From Dehalococcoidia bacterium (GTDB lineage: Bacteria; Chloroflexota; Dehalococcoidia; Lucifugimonadales; UBA1127): a stretch of 64,000 nucleotides of DNA. The notes under the pieces were generated by a model, which ran no database searches, was not told where the DNA came from, and saw nothing but the letters and a program-made list of their open reading frames with translations. Location of the stretch: contig DAOUJQ010000013.1 in the NCBI GenBank assembly GCA_034422455.1, positions 98,110 through 162,109 on the forward strand, read 5' to 3'. Positions 8,829-18,407 of this stretch are shown one piece after another (positions within the stretch are counted from its first letter, which is position 1; each line of letters starts with the position of its first letter). Both the position numbers and the translations under genes were made by a program.

Positions 8829-9974
8829 CTACGCTGCCGCGTGCTCCTCGACGGCCTCACCCTCCACCCGAACGCGAACGAAGTCCCTTTCAGCCTCGCG
8901 GACGTGGCCGTTCCGGTCGCCCCGCTGTGCGTCGCGGGCCCGCTCCAGCCGCTCCTCGGCGATGCGGTCCGCCGCCTCGTGCGGTGGGAGGCCGTGTTTG
9001 CGGGAAACGTGCAGCACCCGCGTCACCGTTTCCTCGATGTCCCGCACGCGCTCTCGGGCAACGCACTCGTCGTAGCCGTCAACCTCGACCGCGAGGTTGA
9101 TCACCCCGCCGGCGTTGATGATGAAGTCGGGCACGTACACGATGCCCCGGTTCCACAGCTGCCTGCCGTTCTCCGGCGTCAGCAACTGGTTGTTGGCCGC
9201 GCCGGCGACCACCTTGGAGCGCAGGCGTCGAATGGTGTCGCAGTTCAGCACGCCACCGAGCGCGCAGGGCGCGAACACGTCGGCCTGGACGTCGTAGATG
9301 GCGTCCGGGTCCTGCAGGACTGTGCAGTTGAGCCCACGCGCCCGCTCCAGCGCCGCCGGGTTCACGTCGGTCACGGTGATGCGCGCCCCCTCGGCGAGCA
9401 GGTGCTCCACCAGGGAGGTCGCCACCTTGCCGAAGCCCTGCACGGCGACCGACACGTCCTTCAGCGTGTCAGTGCCCAGGGTCTCCCGCACGGCGGCCTT
9501 CATGCCCTTGTAGATGCCGAAGCCGGTGATGTGGGAGGTGTTGCCGCTGCCGCCGTATTGGGCCGGCAGCCCCACGACGTGCCTTGTCTCCTCGCTTATC
9601 GCGACGAGGTGCTCAGGCCTGACGCCGACGTCCTCCGTGGTGATGTACCGTCCGCCCAGGGAGTCGACGTGGCGGCCGAAGGCACGGATCGCCGCGTCGC
9701 TGACGCCCGTCTTCGGGTCGGCCCAGATGAGCGCCTTGCCGCCGCCGAAATCGAGGCCCGCGGCCGCGCTCTTGTACGTCATCGCGCGGGCCAGCCGCAG
9801 CACGTCATTCACCGCATCCTCTTCCGTCGCATGGGGCCAGATGCGCACGCCGCCAAGGGACGGCCCAAGGGTAGTGTCGTGGATGCAGATGAACGCTCGG
9901 AGGCCGGAACTCTTGTCAACTGCCACCAGCAACTGCTCGTAGTCGCCGGTCTGCATGGTGTCGATCACGTCCAT
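8829..9974 (-). CDS. Leu/Phe/Val-type amino-acid dehydrogenase (leucine dehydrogenase-like)
   Basis: AFICIHDTTLGPSLGGVRIWP, AAAGLDFGGGKALI, Rossmann VAVQGFGKVA. Start trimmed to ATG 9974. Confidence 0.85.
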   Translation of the reverse strand: MDVIDTMQTGDYEQLLVAVDKSSGLRAFICIHDTTLGPSLGGVRIWPHATEEDAVNDVLRLARAMTYKSAAAGLDFGGGKALIWADPKTGVSDAAIRAFGRHVDSLGGRYITTEDVGVRPEHLVAISEETRHVVGLPAQYGGSGNTSHITGFGIYKGMKAAVRETLGTDTLKDVSVAVQGFGKVATSLVEHLLAEGARITVTDVNPAALERARGLNCTVLQDPDAIYDVQADVFAPCALGGVLNCDTIRRLRSKVVAGAANNQLLTPENGRQLWNRGIVYVPDFIINAGGVINLAVEVDGYDECVARERVRDIEETVTRVLHVSRKHGLPPHEAADRIAEERLERARDAQRGDRNGHVREAERDFVRVRVEGEAVEEHAAA

Positions 9975-10173
9975 CGTGTGCCTCCTCTCCGGCGCCTGCG
10001 GGAACAGGCGTCGCGATCGACTATGTTCCTCTCCTTCCATTGTAGCCCAAAATCGACCGTTGTGACGAATTTCGTCGCGGTATTTCAAGCGAATCCTGAG
10101 GACGCCAATGGAAGGAGGGACAAGACATCGGTGGGACGGGCGGGCTGGAGGCAGTGGAAGCCGGAAGGGCGGC

Positions 10174-10911
10174 TTACAGGTCGCGGCTGTTCATGAACTT
10201 GAGCGCAAGGAAGGGGAGGATGAGGATCGGCACAACCCCCAGGCCCACCAGCACGGTGACTTCGATGGAGAGCGACTTGCCCTGCAATACCAGCGGAAGG
10301 TTGCCGAGCACCCCCTCCGGGGTAAATCCGTCCGCGTATGCCAGGTCCAGGATGCCCAGCGCCATGTACCAGATGACGCCCAGCACAACCAGGCCCATGA
10401 CCGTGTTCGTGACCAGTACGCTGACCGTGATGCCGAGGAACGACAGGACGGTGAGCAGCAGCACCCAGTACGCCATGCCGACCAGGATGCCCTCGACGGT
10501 CATGTCGTTGTTGAGCGACATTTCGCGCATCAGGAACGCAGTCGGAGCCGCGACGATGATGAAGATGAACGCATTCCCGAATGAACGGGACACCAGCTTC
10601 GCCAGCAGGTAGGGCGTCGGCGCGATGCCGCGGCTGATGATGGACTCGCCCAGGAACCTGAACTCCTGCGAGATGGCGCTGACGCTGTTGGCCAGCACCA
10701 CCAGGCTGCCCAGGACCACGTACAAGACCAGCGCCCAGCCCATCAGGAATGAGGAATCGTCAATGAAGTTGCGGGATACGATTACGCCCATGACGCCGCC
10801 GGTCAACGTGAGCACGAACCAGAACCGGACAATCCATGACTTGGCAAGAATGGTCAGGTCATACTCCAGGAGACACAGAAAGGCGTTGGTGCTGAGGCCT
10901 CTTCTCATCAA
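10174..10911 (-). CDS. ABC-2-type transporter permease (hypothetical membrane protein)
   Basis: Multiple hydrophobic segments. 4-nt overlap with the upstream ATPase gene. Confidence 0.6.
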   Translation of the reverse strand: MMRRGLSTNAFLCLLEYDLTILAKSWIVRFWFVLTLTGGVMGVIVSRNFIDDSSFLMGWALVLYVVLGSLVVLANSVSAISQEFRFLGESIISRGIAPTPYLLAKLVSRSFGNAFIFIIVAAPTAFLMREMSLNNDMTVEGILVGMAYWVLLLTVLSFLGITVSVLVTNTVMGLVVLGVIWYMALGILDLAYADGFTPEGVLGNLPLVLQGKSLSIEVTVLVGLGVVPILILPFLALKFMNSRDL

Positions 10912-11975
10912 ATCACCTCGTCGGATGAAGCGGAGCGCAGTGAGGGTAGTTCATCCCGAGGTGCTCTGGACGGCGAGTAAATCCCCAACTGGGCCATGAT
11001 GTCCTCAGTGTCCAGCGCCCGGGCAAAGCCCTTCCGGCGGTCTTCCTGCAGCGTCTTGAGGAAGGCGTCCTCCAGGTCCCCTGCAGGCTGAATGGACTTG
11101 AGCACGACACCGTGGCGGGCGAGGGCGTCCAGCACCTGGCTAAGGATGGTGATGAACTCGCCCTCCCGGTTGTTGAACGCAATCCTGACCGTATTCGCGC
11201 CCAATCGCTCAAACGTGATCCCGCGCACCTCCACGGTTGCGGCCTGGAGGCCCAGCTCTACTTCGCCCTCGACCAGCAGGTCGATGGTGTTGGCCAGGGT
11301 GAGGTGCTTCATGTCCAGCACGGAACCGGTGAACACCAGCTTCCCGTGGTTCAGGATGCCCACGAAGTCGCAGGTCTCGTCGGCGTCCGGCAGGATGTGC
11401 GTCGAGAGGATGATGGTCTTGCCTTTGCGCCGCAGCTCCTCAAACAGGTCCAGCGTGTAGTGCCGTCCCTCCGGGTCAAGGCCGATGGTCGGCTCGTCGA
11501 GGAGCAGCAGGTCCGGGTCGTTCATCAGCGCGGCCGCGATGCCAAGGCGGGTGCGCTGGCCGCTGGACAGGTGTTCGATCCGTTGGGACGACGCCTGCAG
11601 CAGGTCCATGGCGTGGAGCAATGCCGAGAGCCTGGGCTTGCGGATGCTGGGGACGATGCCGAACAGCTTGCCGACCAGGTCAAGATAGGATATCGGCGAC
11701 ATGTCGAAAGGGAAGTTGCCGTTCTGGGAGAGGAAACCGATACGCCGGCGCAGGTGGCCCGCTGCGAGGTTCATCGGCTCCTGGAAAACGCGGATGCTTC
11801 CCGCCGTAGGCCGCTGCAGCCCCATGATGAGCCGCAGCGCCGTGCTCTTTCCGGCGCCGTTCGGGCCAATGAGGCCGAAGATGCAACCCTGGGGTATGGA
11901 TACGTTTACGCTGTTGAGGGCAATTTGCCGTGCTGCATAGATCTTCGTGAGGTCTACCGTCTCAACAACGTCCAT
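10908..11975 (-). CDS. ABC transporter ATP-binding protein (ABC-2 exporter type)
   Basis: GPNGAGKST, LSSGQRTRL, LLLDEPTIGLD. GGAGGAG before ATG 11975. Confidence 0.85.
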   Translation of the reverse strand: MDVVETVDLTKIYAARQIALNSVNVSIPQGCIFGLIGPNGAGKSTALRLIMGLQRPTAGSIRVFQEPMNLAAGHLRRRIGFLSQNGNFPFDMSPISYLDLVGKLFGIVPSIRKPRLSALLHAMDLLQASSQRIEHLSSGQRTRLGIAAALMNDPDLLLLDEPTIGLDPEGRHYTLDLFEELRRKGKTIILSTHILPDADETCDFVGILNHGKLVFTGSVLDMKHLTLANTIDLLVEGEVELGLQAATVEVRGITFERLGANTVRIAFNNREGEFITILSQVLDALARHGVVLKSIQPAGDLEDAFLKTLQEDRRKGFARALDTEDIMAQLGIYSPSRAPRDELPSLRSASSDEVI

Positions 11976-12130
11976 GTCTTCTCCTCCAAAACCTAGCGGC
12001 TATGTTCTCACATATGCGTAACTTCGGGCAATAGGATAGCCGGGCGCCGGACGGTTGCGAACGCAGTGAATGGCTTTGACGCTGGCCGTGGGTGCAACTA
12101 CAATGTTGCCAGAAATTTGGGAGGTGCGGC

Positions 12131-12769
12131 ATGGCCAAGCTCTCTTGTGACGTGTTCTTCGATTACACCTGACCCTTTGTGTACAACGCAGCCGTGTGGC
12201 TGGAGTCCGCAAAGGAGACCGCGGGAGACGAGCTGGAGCTGAACTGGCGAGGTTTCCTGCTGGAACAGATCAACAGCAAGGAAGGCCCTGACTGGAAGGT
12301 CTGGGAGCAGCCTGACGACTATGAGTTTCGCGGAATGTGGGCCCTCCGGGCCGGCGAGGCCGCCAAGGCGCAGGGGCCGGAGCTCTTCCAGCAGTTCCAC
12401 ATGGCGCTGCTCCGGGCACGCCACGTGGACCGCGTCAACGTCGGCGACCGGGAAGTGCTCATGGAGATCGCCGCAGGCGTAGGCCTCGACCTGGAGCAAT
12501 TCCGCGCCGACATGGAGGACCAGGCGACCAAGGACAAGGTCGCCGCTGACCACGTCGAGGCCGTCGAGAGCTACGGCGTGTTCGGCACGCCCACGTTCGT
12601 CTTCCCCAACGGCGCCGCGGCGTTCGTCAAGCTCCTCAAGCCGCCGGAGGCCCGCGCGTCACGCGCCCTGGAGCTGCTCTCCGAGATGATGGAGGACCAC
12701 ATCTACATCGGTGAGGTCAAGCGGCCCCAGCCGCCGTGGCCCAAGGGCGCATTCACCGCCGGGAGCTAG
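12131..12769 (+). CDS. DsbA/FrnE-like thioredoxin-fold oxidoreductase with in-frame TGA (12170-12172) at the active-site Cys position; candidate selenoprotein
   Basis: GGGAGG (12119-12124) lies 6 nt before ATG 12131. The reading is MAKLSCDVFFDYT-TGA-PFVYNAAVWLE, in frame with track ORF 12179..12769. The cis-Pro loop GVFGTPTFVF is present. A hairpin follows the TGA. Confidence 0.6.
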
Positions 12770-12777
12770 CCCCTCGC

Positions 12778-13473
12778 ATGGAGCCGAACGTGGAGTCAGT
12801 CGAGAAGGCGTTGGGCGTCCGCTTTCGCGACCCGGGCCTGCTGCGCCTCAGCCTGACCCATAGCTCATACGTCAACGAGCACCCCCAGGATGCTCCGGTC
12901 TCGAACGAACGGCTGGAGTACCTGGGGGACGCTTTTTTGAGCGCGGTTGTCGCCCGCCGCCTCTACCTCGACCATCCGGACATGACCGAGGGTGAGCTGA
13001 CGGAGGCCCGTGCCAGCGTCGTGCGCGGGGAGACCCTCGGCCAGCGGGCCCGCGAGATCGGCCTTGGCGAACACCTCCTGCTCGGCCAGGGCGAGGAGCA
13101 GAGCGGCGGCCGGGAAAAGCCCGGCAACCTTGCGTGCGCGCTGGAGGCGGTTGTCGGCGCCATCTACCTCGACCAGGGGCACGAGGCCGCCGAGGCTTTC
13201 ATCTTCCGGGCGTTCGCAACCGAGATCGACGGCGCCGCCTCACCGAAATCACTGCAGGACCCAAAGTCACAGCTCCAGGAGGCCGCGCAAGCGCGGGGGC
13301 TCGGCGCGCCGCAGTACCGGCTGCTCTCCGAGATAGGCCCCGGGCACGCGCGCACCTTCACCGTCGAGGTCATCGTCGCCGGCGAGCCTCTCGCCAGGGG
13401 CTCCTCCTCCCGCAAGGTTGACGCTGAGCGGCGGGCGGCGAGTGCGGCGCTGGCGCTGCTCCCCGCCCTCTAG
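12778..13473 (+). CDS. rnc: ribonuclease III
   Basis: ERLEYLGDAFL signature, EALVGAIYLD-like ALEAVVGAIYLD, C-terminal dsRBD. Confidence 0.9.
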   Translation: MEPNVESVEKALGVRFRDPGLLRLSLTHSSYVNEHPQDAPVSNERLEYLGDAFLSAVVARRLYLDHPDMTEGELTEARASVVRGETLGQRAREIGLGEHLLLGQGEEQSGGREKPGNLACALEAVVGAIYLDQGHEAAEAFIFRAFATEIDGAASPKSLQDPKSQLQEAAQARGLGAPQYRLLSEIGPGHARTFTVEVIVAGEPLARGSSSRKVDAERRAASAALALLPAL

Positions 13474-13582
13474 CCCTCTCCCCTCTCCCTGCCTTGTAAG
13501 CGCCTGGCAACGGCCTTCCATACGAACGCACATCTTTTGACATACTATAACATCAATGCATATTCCAATATAATCAAAACGA

Positions 13583-13611
13583 TTGGAACGCCTTGACAGC
13601 AGGCGTATAAT
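13583..13611 (+). promoter_or_regulatory. putative sigma70-type promoter of oppB paralogue 1 (TTGGAA-N17-TATAAT)
   Basis: TTGGAA 13583-13588, 17-nt spacer, TATAAT 13606-13611, in an AT-rich island. GGAGGAGGA SD at 13655. Confidence 0.5.
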
Positions 13612-13668
13612 TCGCGCACGTCCTTACATCCAGCCAACGGTGAAGCCCAGCGGAGACAGGAGGAGGAC

Positions 13669-14628
13669 ATGCAGCGGTACATCATCGTCAGGCTGGCCCA
13701 AGCGGCGCTCACGCTGGTGGGCGTCAGCATTGTCGTCTTTGCGCTCTCTACACAAGTGGGTAACTCCCTGGACTACCTTCCGCCGCGGGGGGATTGTGAC
13801 AACGGTAGGTACCTTCTGCATATCACGATCTCAACTTGTGTCATCGACCCGTGGTACGTTCAGTACTTCACTTTCGTGAAGGACGCTGCCCAGGGCGATT
13901 TTGGGCCGTCCCGCAATTGGCAGGGTCCTGCTATGGGACTGGTATTGCAGTACTACCCTCAGACGCTCCAATTGGCCGCTGTGTCCATCGGCGCGTCGCT
14001 GCTCTTGGCCGTGCCTATCGGCGCGCTGTCTGCCGTGAGGAAGGGCGGCGTACTGGACAGAGTAGCAAGGCTGTTCACCATTTTGGGGCAGTCCACTCCC
14101 CCCTTCTTGGTGGGCGTTCTCCTTGTCGGGATTTTTGCCTTGCGTTTGGAGTGGCTGCCCGGGTACGGGATGGGCAGCGTCTCCCATTGGATCTTGCCGG
14201 TCATCGCACTGGCATTGTTCCCAGCGGCGCTGCTGATGCGCTTGACTCGCGTCTCCATGCTTGAGGCCCTGGACAGCAACTATGTCAAGACCGCGCGAAT
14301 CCACGGCCTGCCAGACTGGAAGGTCGTGTGGAAGCACAGTCTTGCCAACGCTGCCGCCCCGCTTCTTGCGACGTCCGGCGCCATCGTGGCCAGCCTGCTC
14401 GCAGGCGCCGTCGCTGTTGAGGTAGTGTTCGCGTGGCGCGGTGTCGGCCTGCTGGGGCTGCAGGCGGTCAACACGCACGACTACAATGTGATCTGGGCGC
14501 TGATCATGTTCGTTTCCGTGCTGGTTATCGCCGCGCACTTGCTCATCGACATCCTCCGCGCCGGCATCGACCCTCGGATCCGGCACGCGCCGCACCCCGC
14601 CATCGAGCCCGGCCCGCATCCCCTCTGA
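13669..14628 (+). CDS. ABC transporter permease, OppB/DppB-like, paralogue 1 (divergent)
   Basis: MQRYIIVRL start, EAA-loop region LDSNYVKTARIHGLPDWKVVWKHSLANAAAPLL. Body strongly diverged from paralogues 2 and 3, with a 12-aa C-terminal extension. Confidence 0.8.
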   Translation: MQRYIIVRLAQAALTLVGVSIVVFALSTQVGNSLDYLPPRGDCDNGRYLLHITISTCVIDPWYVQYFTFVKDAAQGDFGPSRNWQGPAMGLVLQYYPQTLQLAAVSIGASLLLAVPIGALSAVRKGGVLDRVARLFTILGQSTPPFLVGVLLVGIFALRLEWLPGYGMGSVSHWILPVIALALFPAALLMRLTRVSMLEALDSNYVKTARIHGLPDWKVVWKHSLANAAAPLLATSGAIVASLLAGAVAVEVVFAWRGVGLLGLQAVNTHDYNVIWALIMFVSVLVIAAHLLIDILRAGIDPRIRHAPHPAIEPGPHPL

Positions 14629-14699
14629 CGCCCCCCATACGCACGCACATCTTTTGACATACTATAACACTAATGCATATTCCAATATAATAAAAACGA

Positions 14700-14728
14700 T
14701 TGGAATAGCTTGACAGCAGGCGTATAAT
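14700..14728 (+). promoter_or_regulatory. putative promoter of oppB paralogue 2 (duplicate of 13583-13611)
   Basis: TTGGAA 14700-14705, 17-nt spacer, TATAAT 14723-14728, inside the ~180-bp duplicated cassette. Confidence 0.5.
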
Positions 14729-14785
14729 TCGCGCACGTCCTTACATCCAGCCAACGGTGAAGCCCAGCGGAGACAGGAGGAGGAC

Positions 14786-15706
14786 ATGCAGCGGTACATC
14801 ATCATCAGGCTGGTCCAATCGGTATTCACCCTCATCGGCGTCAGCATCATCGTCTTCTCCCTCGCCAGACTCTCCGGCAACCCCCTCGACGTGCTCCTGC
14901 CAGTGGAAGCCAGCGATGGCGACTTCAAGCGCATCAGCAAGCTCTGGGGGCTGGATGAGCCCTGGTACATCCAGTACTTCACCTTCGTGAAAAACGCCTC
15001 CCGCGGCGAGTTCGGCCCGTCCTTCAAATGGCAGGGGCGCACCGCCATGGAACTGGTGATGCACCATCTCCCCGCGACACTGCAACTGGCGGTGATCTCC
15101 ATTGGTGTTTCGGTGCTCCTGGCCGTGCCCATTGGGGTGATGTCCGCAGTGAAGAAAGGCACCTTCCTGGATACGGGCGGGAAGCTGATCGCCCTGTTGG
15201 GGCAGTCGCTTCCCTCCTTCTGGCTGGCCATCGTGCTCATTTGGATCTTCGCGGTACAGCTCGGATGGTTTCCGACGTCGGGCCGAGGCAGCTTCTCGCA
15301 CATGATTCTGCCGGCCGTGGCCCTGGGGTGGTTCTCCGTGGCGTCCTTCATGCGCCTGACCCGCTCCTCCATGCTGAATGTGATGGACAGCGAGTACATC
15401 AAGCTCGCGCGCATCAAGGGCCTGAAGGAGTGGAAGGTCGTGTGGAAGCACGGTCTGAAGAACGCGGCCATCCCGCCCCTCACGGTGTTCGGCGCCATCG
15501 TGGTCGGCCAGATGACAGGCTCCGTCACCATCGAGACGGTGTTCGCGTGGCCCGGCATCGGCCTGCTCGCGATCCAGGCGGTGAACGCGCGCGACTACCA
15601 GGTCATCCAGGCCGTGACGATGTTCATCGCCGTCCTGTTCATCGGCGTAAACCTGCTCATCGACATCCTGTACGCCTACGTCGACCCGCGCATCCGGTAC
15701 ACTTAG
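14786..15706 (+). CDS. ABC transporter permease, OppB/DppB-like, paralogue 2
   Basis: Full-length permease, MDSEYIKLARIKGLKEWKVVWKHGLKNAAIPPL. Roughly nine-tenths identical to paralogue 3 by eye. Confidence 0.9.
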   Translation: MQRYIIIRLVQSVFTLIGVSIIVFSLARLSGNPLDVLLPVEASDGDFKRISKLWGLDEPWYIQYFTFVKNASRGEFGPSFKWQGRTAMELVMHHLPATLQLAVISIGVSVLLAVPIGVMSAVKKGTFLDTGGKLIALLGQSLPSFWLAIVLIWIFAVQLGWFPTSGRGSFSHMILPAVALGWFSVASFMRLTRSSMLNVMDSEYIKLARIKGLKEWKVVWKHGLKNAAIPPLTVFGAIVVGQMTGSVTIETVFAWPGIGLLAIQAVNARDYQVIQAVTMFIAVLFIGVNLLIDILYAYVDPRIRYT

Positions 15707-15874
15707 TTCCGATGAACCGTCACCAGCGCCGCTCTAGGAGAAACAGTTCGCCCGCGCGGGGCGGAGGCGCCGGCGCGCGCAGGGGCGTATGGGTTTGGGC
15801 GGCGGTCGCCGCGGCGATCGCTGTGGCAATCGCCCTGTCGAGGACCGTCCTCTAGTCCCGGCAAGGAGGGAGTT

Positions 15875-16120
15875 ATGCGGTGGATCATCCTGCGACCGGC
15901 AGCAGCAGTGGTGGGTTGGGCCATCGCGCTTCTCGCGTTGACAATTGCGCTGCTCGGCGCCCTCCGTTTCTTCCTGCAGACCGGCGCAAGCCCCATCTAC
16001 GTCATGCGGCGCAAGCGATGGTACGAGACGTCCGTGCTGGGCCGTCCGATGGGCCTGGGCGGGCTCCTGGCATTCGGGCAGTGGGCGGCGGAGCAGGGAC
16101 GCTCCCGCCACTGGCCTTAG
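15875..16120 (+). CDS. hypothetical small membrane protein
   Basis: AAGGAGGGAG lies 4 nt before ATG 15875. Has hydrophobic segments. No family recognised. Confidence 0.4.
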   Translation: MRWIILRPAAAVVGWAIALLALTIALLGALRFFLQTGASPIYVMRRKRWYETSVLGRPMGLGGLLAFGQWAAEQGRSRHWP

Positions 16121-16503
16121 GGGAGTCCTTCCATGCTTTCGAAACAAATAGGGATTATAGGAGGCTCGCGGGTTGACAGCGCCAGAGGCCTATGATACTT
16201 ATTGCCAAATGTTTCAAATGCCCGGGGGGACGGGTATGGTGTGCAAGTCACACGTCCCCATTTCTCCGCGGCCAGAGCTCCCAGGTGAAGACCTTCGTGA
16301 GGAGCCCAATCCCAAACCTCAAACAAGAATTGGGGAAGGTCTAACCAAAACACCGGTTGGCACGTTGTCGAAACCATCGCTAACGTTGACAATGTTTTGG
16401 GCGGAACCGAAAGATGCAATAGCGCGTTCTTGACGCCGAAAGTATAATCTCCGCACCCCGGAAGAAGACCAGCGGAGGCATCCTGAGGAGAAACGAGGAG
16501 GAA

Positions 16504-17424
16504 ATGCAGCGATACATTATTATCAGGCTGATCCAATCGGTGTTTACGCTCATTGGCGTGAGCATCATCGTCTTCTCCCTCGCAAGGCTCTCCGGCAACC
16601 CCCTCGACGTGCTGCTCCCGGACGAAGCCGACGACGAGACGTTCATCCGCATCAGCGAGCTCTGGGGCCTCAACGATCCCTGGTACATCCAGTACTTCAC
16701 CTTTGTGCGGAATGCATCCAAGGGTGAGTTCGGTCCCTCCTTCAAGTGGCAGGGCCGCACGGCAATGGAGCTCGTGATCCTGCACCTCCCGGCGACGCTC
16801 CAGTTGGCGGTGGTCTCCATAGGCGTGTCGGTGCTCCTGGCGGTGCCCATCGGGGTGATGTCCGCCGTGAAGAAGGGCACCATATTGGATACCGTCGGGA
16901 AGTTGATCGCCCTCCTTGGGCAGTCGCTTCCCTCCTTCTGGCTGGCCATCGTGCTCATCTGGATCTTCGCGGTGCAGCTTGGGTGGTTCCCCACCTCGGG
17001 CAGGGGCGGCATCTCCAACATGATCCTGCCGGCCGTCGCCCTGGGGTGGTTCTCCGTAGCCTCCTTCATGCGCCTGACCCGCTCCTCCATGCTCAACGTC
17101 CTGGACAGCGAGTACATCAAGCTGGCCCGCATCAAGGGGCTTCCTGAGTGGAAGGTCGTCTGGAAGCACGGCCTCAAGAACGCGGCCATCCCGCCCCTCA
17201 CGGTGTTCGGCGCCATCGTGGTCGGTCAGATGACCGGCTCCGTGACCATCGAGACCGTGTTCGCCTGGCCCGGCGTCGGCCTGCTGGCGCTGCAGGCGGT
17301 GAACGCCCGCGACTACCAGGTCATCCAGGCCGTGACGATGTTCATCTCCGTGCTGTTCATCGGCATGAACCTGCTCATCGACATCCTCTACGCCTACATT
17401 GACCCGCGAATCAGGTACCAGTAA
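16504..17424 (+). CDS. ABC transporter permease, OppB/DppB-like, paralogue 3
   Basis: Same architecture as paralogue 2. GAGGAGGAA before the ATG. Confidence 0.9.
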   Translation: MQRYIIIRLIQSVFTLIGVSIIVFSLARLSGNPLDVLLPDEADDETFIRISELWGLNDPWYIQYFTFVRNASKGEFGPSFKWQGRTAMELVILHLPATLQLAVVSIGVSVLLAVPIGVMSAVKKGTILDTVGKLIALLGQSLPSFWLAIVLIWIFAVQLGWFPTSGRGGISNMILPAVALGWFSVASFMRLTRSSMLNVLDSEYIKLARIKGLPEWKVVWKHGLKNAAIPPLTVFGAIVVGQMTGSVTIETVFAWPGVGLLALQAVNARDYQVIQAVTMFISVLFIGMNLLIDILYAYIDPRIRYQ

Positions 17425-17473
17425 CCGTCAGGCAATGTGACAGGCAGTTGAAGAACGAAAGGGAGTACCGGTA

Positions 17474-18403
17474 ATGGCAACTGAGGGAAACGTCCTACAA
17501 CTACCGCAGAGGCTGCCCTGGTACAGTACCGCGCGCATCAAGCGCTTTGGGCACCTGATCTTCAATGAGTATCCCGTTGTGTGGCTGACGATCCTGTTTT
17601 TGGTCCTGATCTTCCCCGCCCTTACGGCGCAGTGGACCGCGCCCCACGACCCCCTCAAGCAGCAGCTCAGCAAGCGGTTGACCCCGCCGGTGTGGGACCA
17701 GGGCAACCCCGCAAAGCCCGGCACCTGGACGAACATCCTGGGCACTGACAAGCAGGGCCGCGACATCCTGAGCCGCATCATGCACGGCTCCCGCATCTCC
17801 CTGATGGTGTCCCTCTCCGCTCTGGCAATCGGCGGCACCATCGGCACCACCCTCGGACTCGTCTCCGGCTACTTCGGCCGGTGGGTCGACCACCTCATCA
17901 TGCGTATCGTAGACACCTTCTTAGCGCTGCCGCTCATCTTGATGGCGCTGGTTATCGTGGCCGTCTTCGGCCCAAGCTTCTACACCGCCATCGGAGTCAT
18001 ATCCGTGCTTCTATGGTCGCGGTACACCCGGCAGATCCGGGCGGAAGTCCTGTCCATCAAGGCCCTGGACTTCGTGGCCCGCGCCAGGGTGGCCGGCTGC
18101 TCCAACGTCCGGATCATCATGAAGCACGTCTTCCCCAACGTGGTGAACACCCTCATCGTGCTGGCGACGCTGCAGGTGGGCACCGTCATCCTGCTCGAAG
18201 CCACGCTCAGCTTCCTTGGCGCCGGCATCCCGCGGCCCAACCCCGCATGGGGCGTCATGGTGGCGGACGGCCGCGACCACATCGCGAGCGCGTGGTGGAT
18301 TGCCGTCATGCCCGGCCTCGCCATCATGTTTGTCGTGCTTTCCATGAACATGATGGGCGACTGGCTGCGCGACAAGCTGGACCCCAAACTGCGGCAGGTG
18401 TAA
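17474..18403 (+). CDS. ABC transporter permease, OppC/DppC-like
   Basis: N-terminal OppC-type region (PLKQQLSKRLTPP..ILGTDKQGRDILSRIMHGSR) and EAA loop (ALDFVARARVAGCSNVRIIMKHVFPN). Confidence 0.9.
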   Translation: MATEGNVLQLPQRLPWYSTARIKRFGHLIFNEYPVVWLTILFLVLIFPALTAQWTAPHDPLKQQLSKRLTPPVWDQGNPAKPGTWTNILGTDKQGRDILSRIMHGSRISLMVSLSALAIGGTIGTTLGLVSGYFGRWVDHLIMRIVDTFLALPLILMALVIVAVFGPSFYTAIGVISVLLWSRYTRQIRAEVLSIKALDFVARARVAGCSNVRIIMKHVFPNVVNTLIVLATLQVGTVILLEATLSFLGAGIPRPNPAWGVMVADGRDHIASAWWIAVMPGLAIMFVVLSMNMMGDWLRDKLDPKLRQV

Positions 18404-18407
18404 CACT

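Noticed and set aside
13594-13611. TTGACA immediately followed (7-nt spacer) by TATAAT as the promoter, also seen as TTGACG-N7-TATAAT at 16450
   Set aside because: A 7-nt spacer is incompatible with sigma70-type geometry. TTGGAA at 17-nt spacing fits better for paralogues 1 and 2. The recurrence of TTGAC-N7-TATAAT before all three paralogues remains unexplained and could be an operator.
16173-16433. 86-aa ORF in the oppB2-oppB3 spacer (and the 47-aa ORF at 15712..15855)
   Set aside because: No SD, no recognisable motif, and composition atypical of the window's genes.
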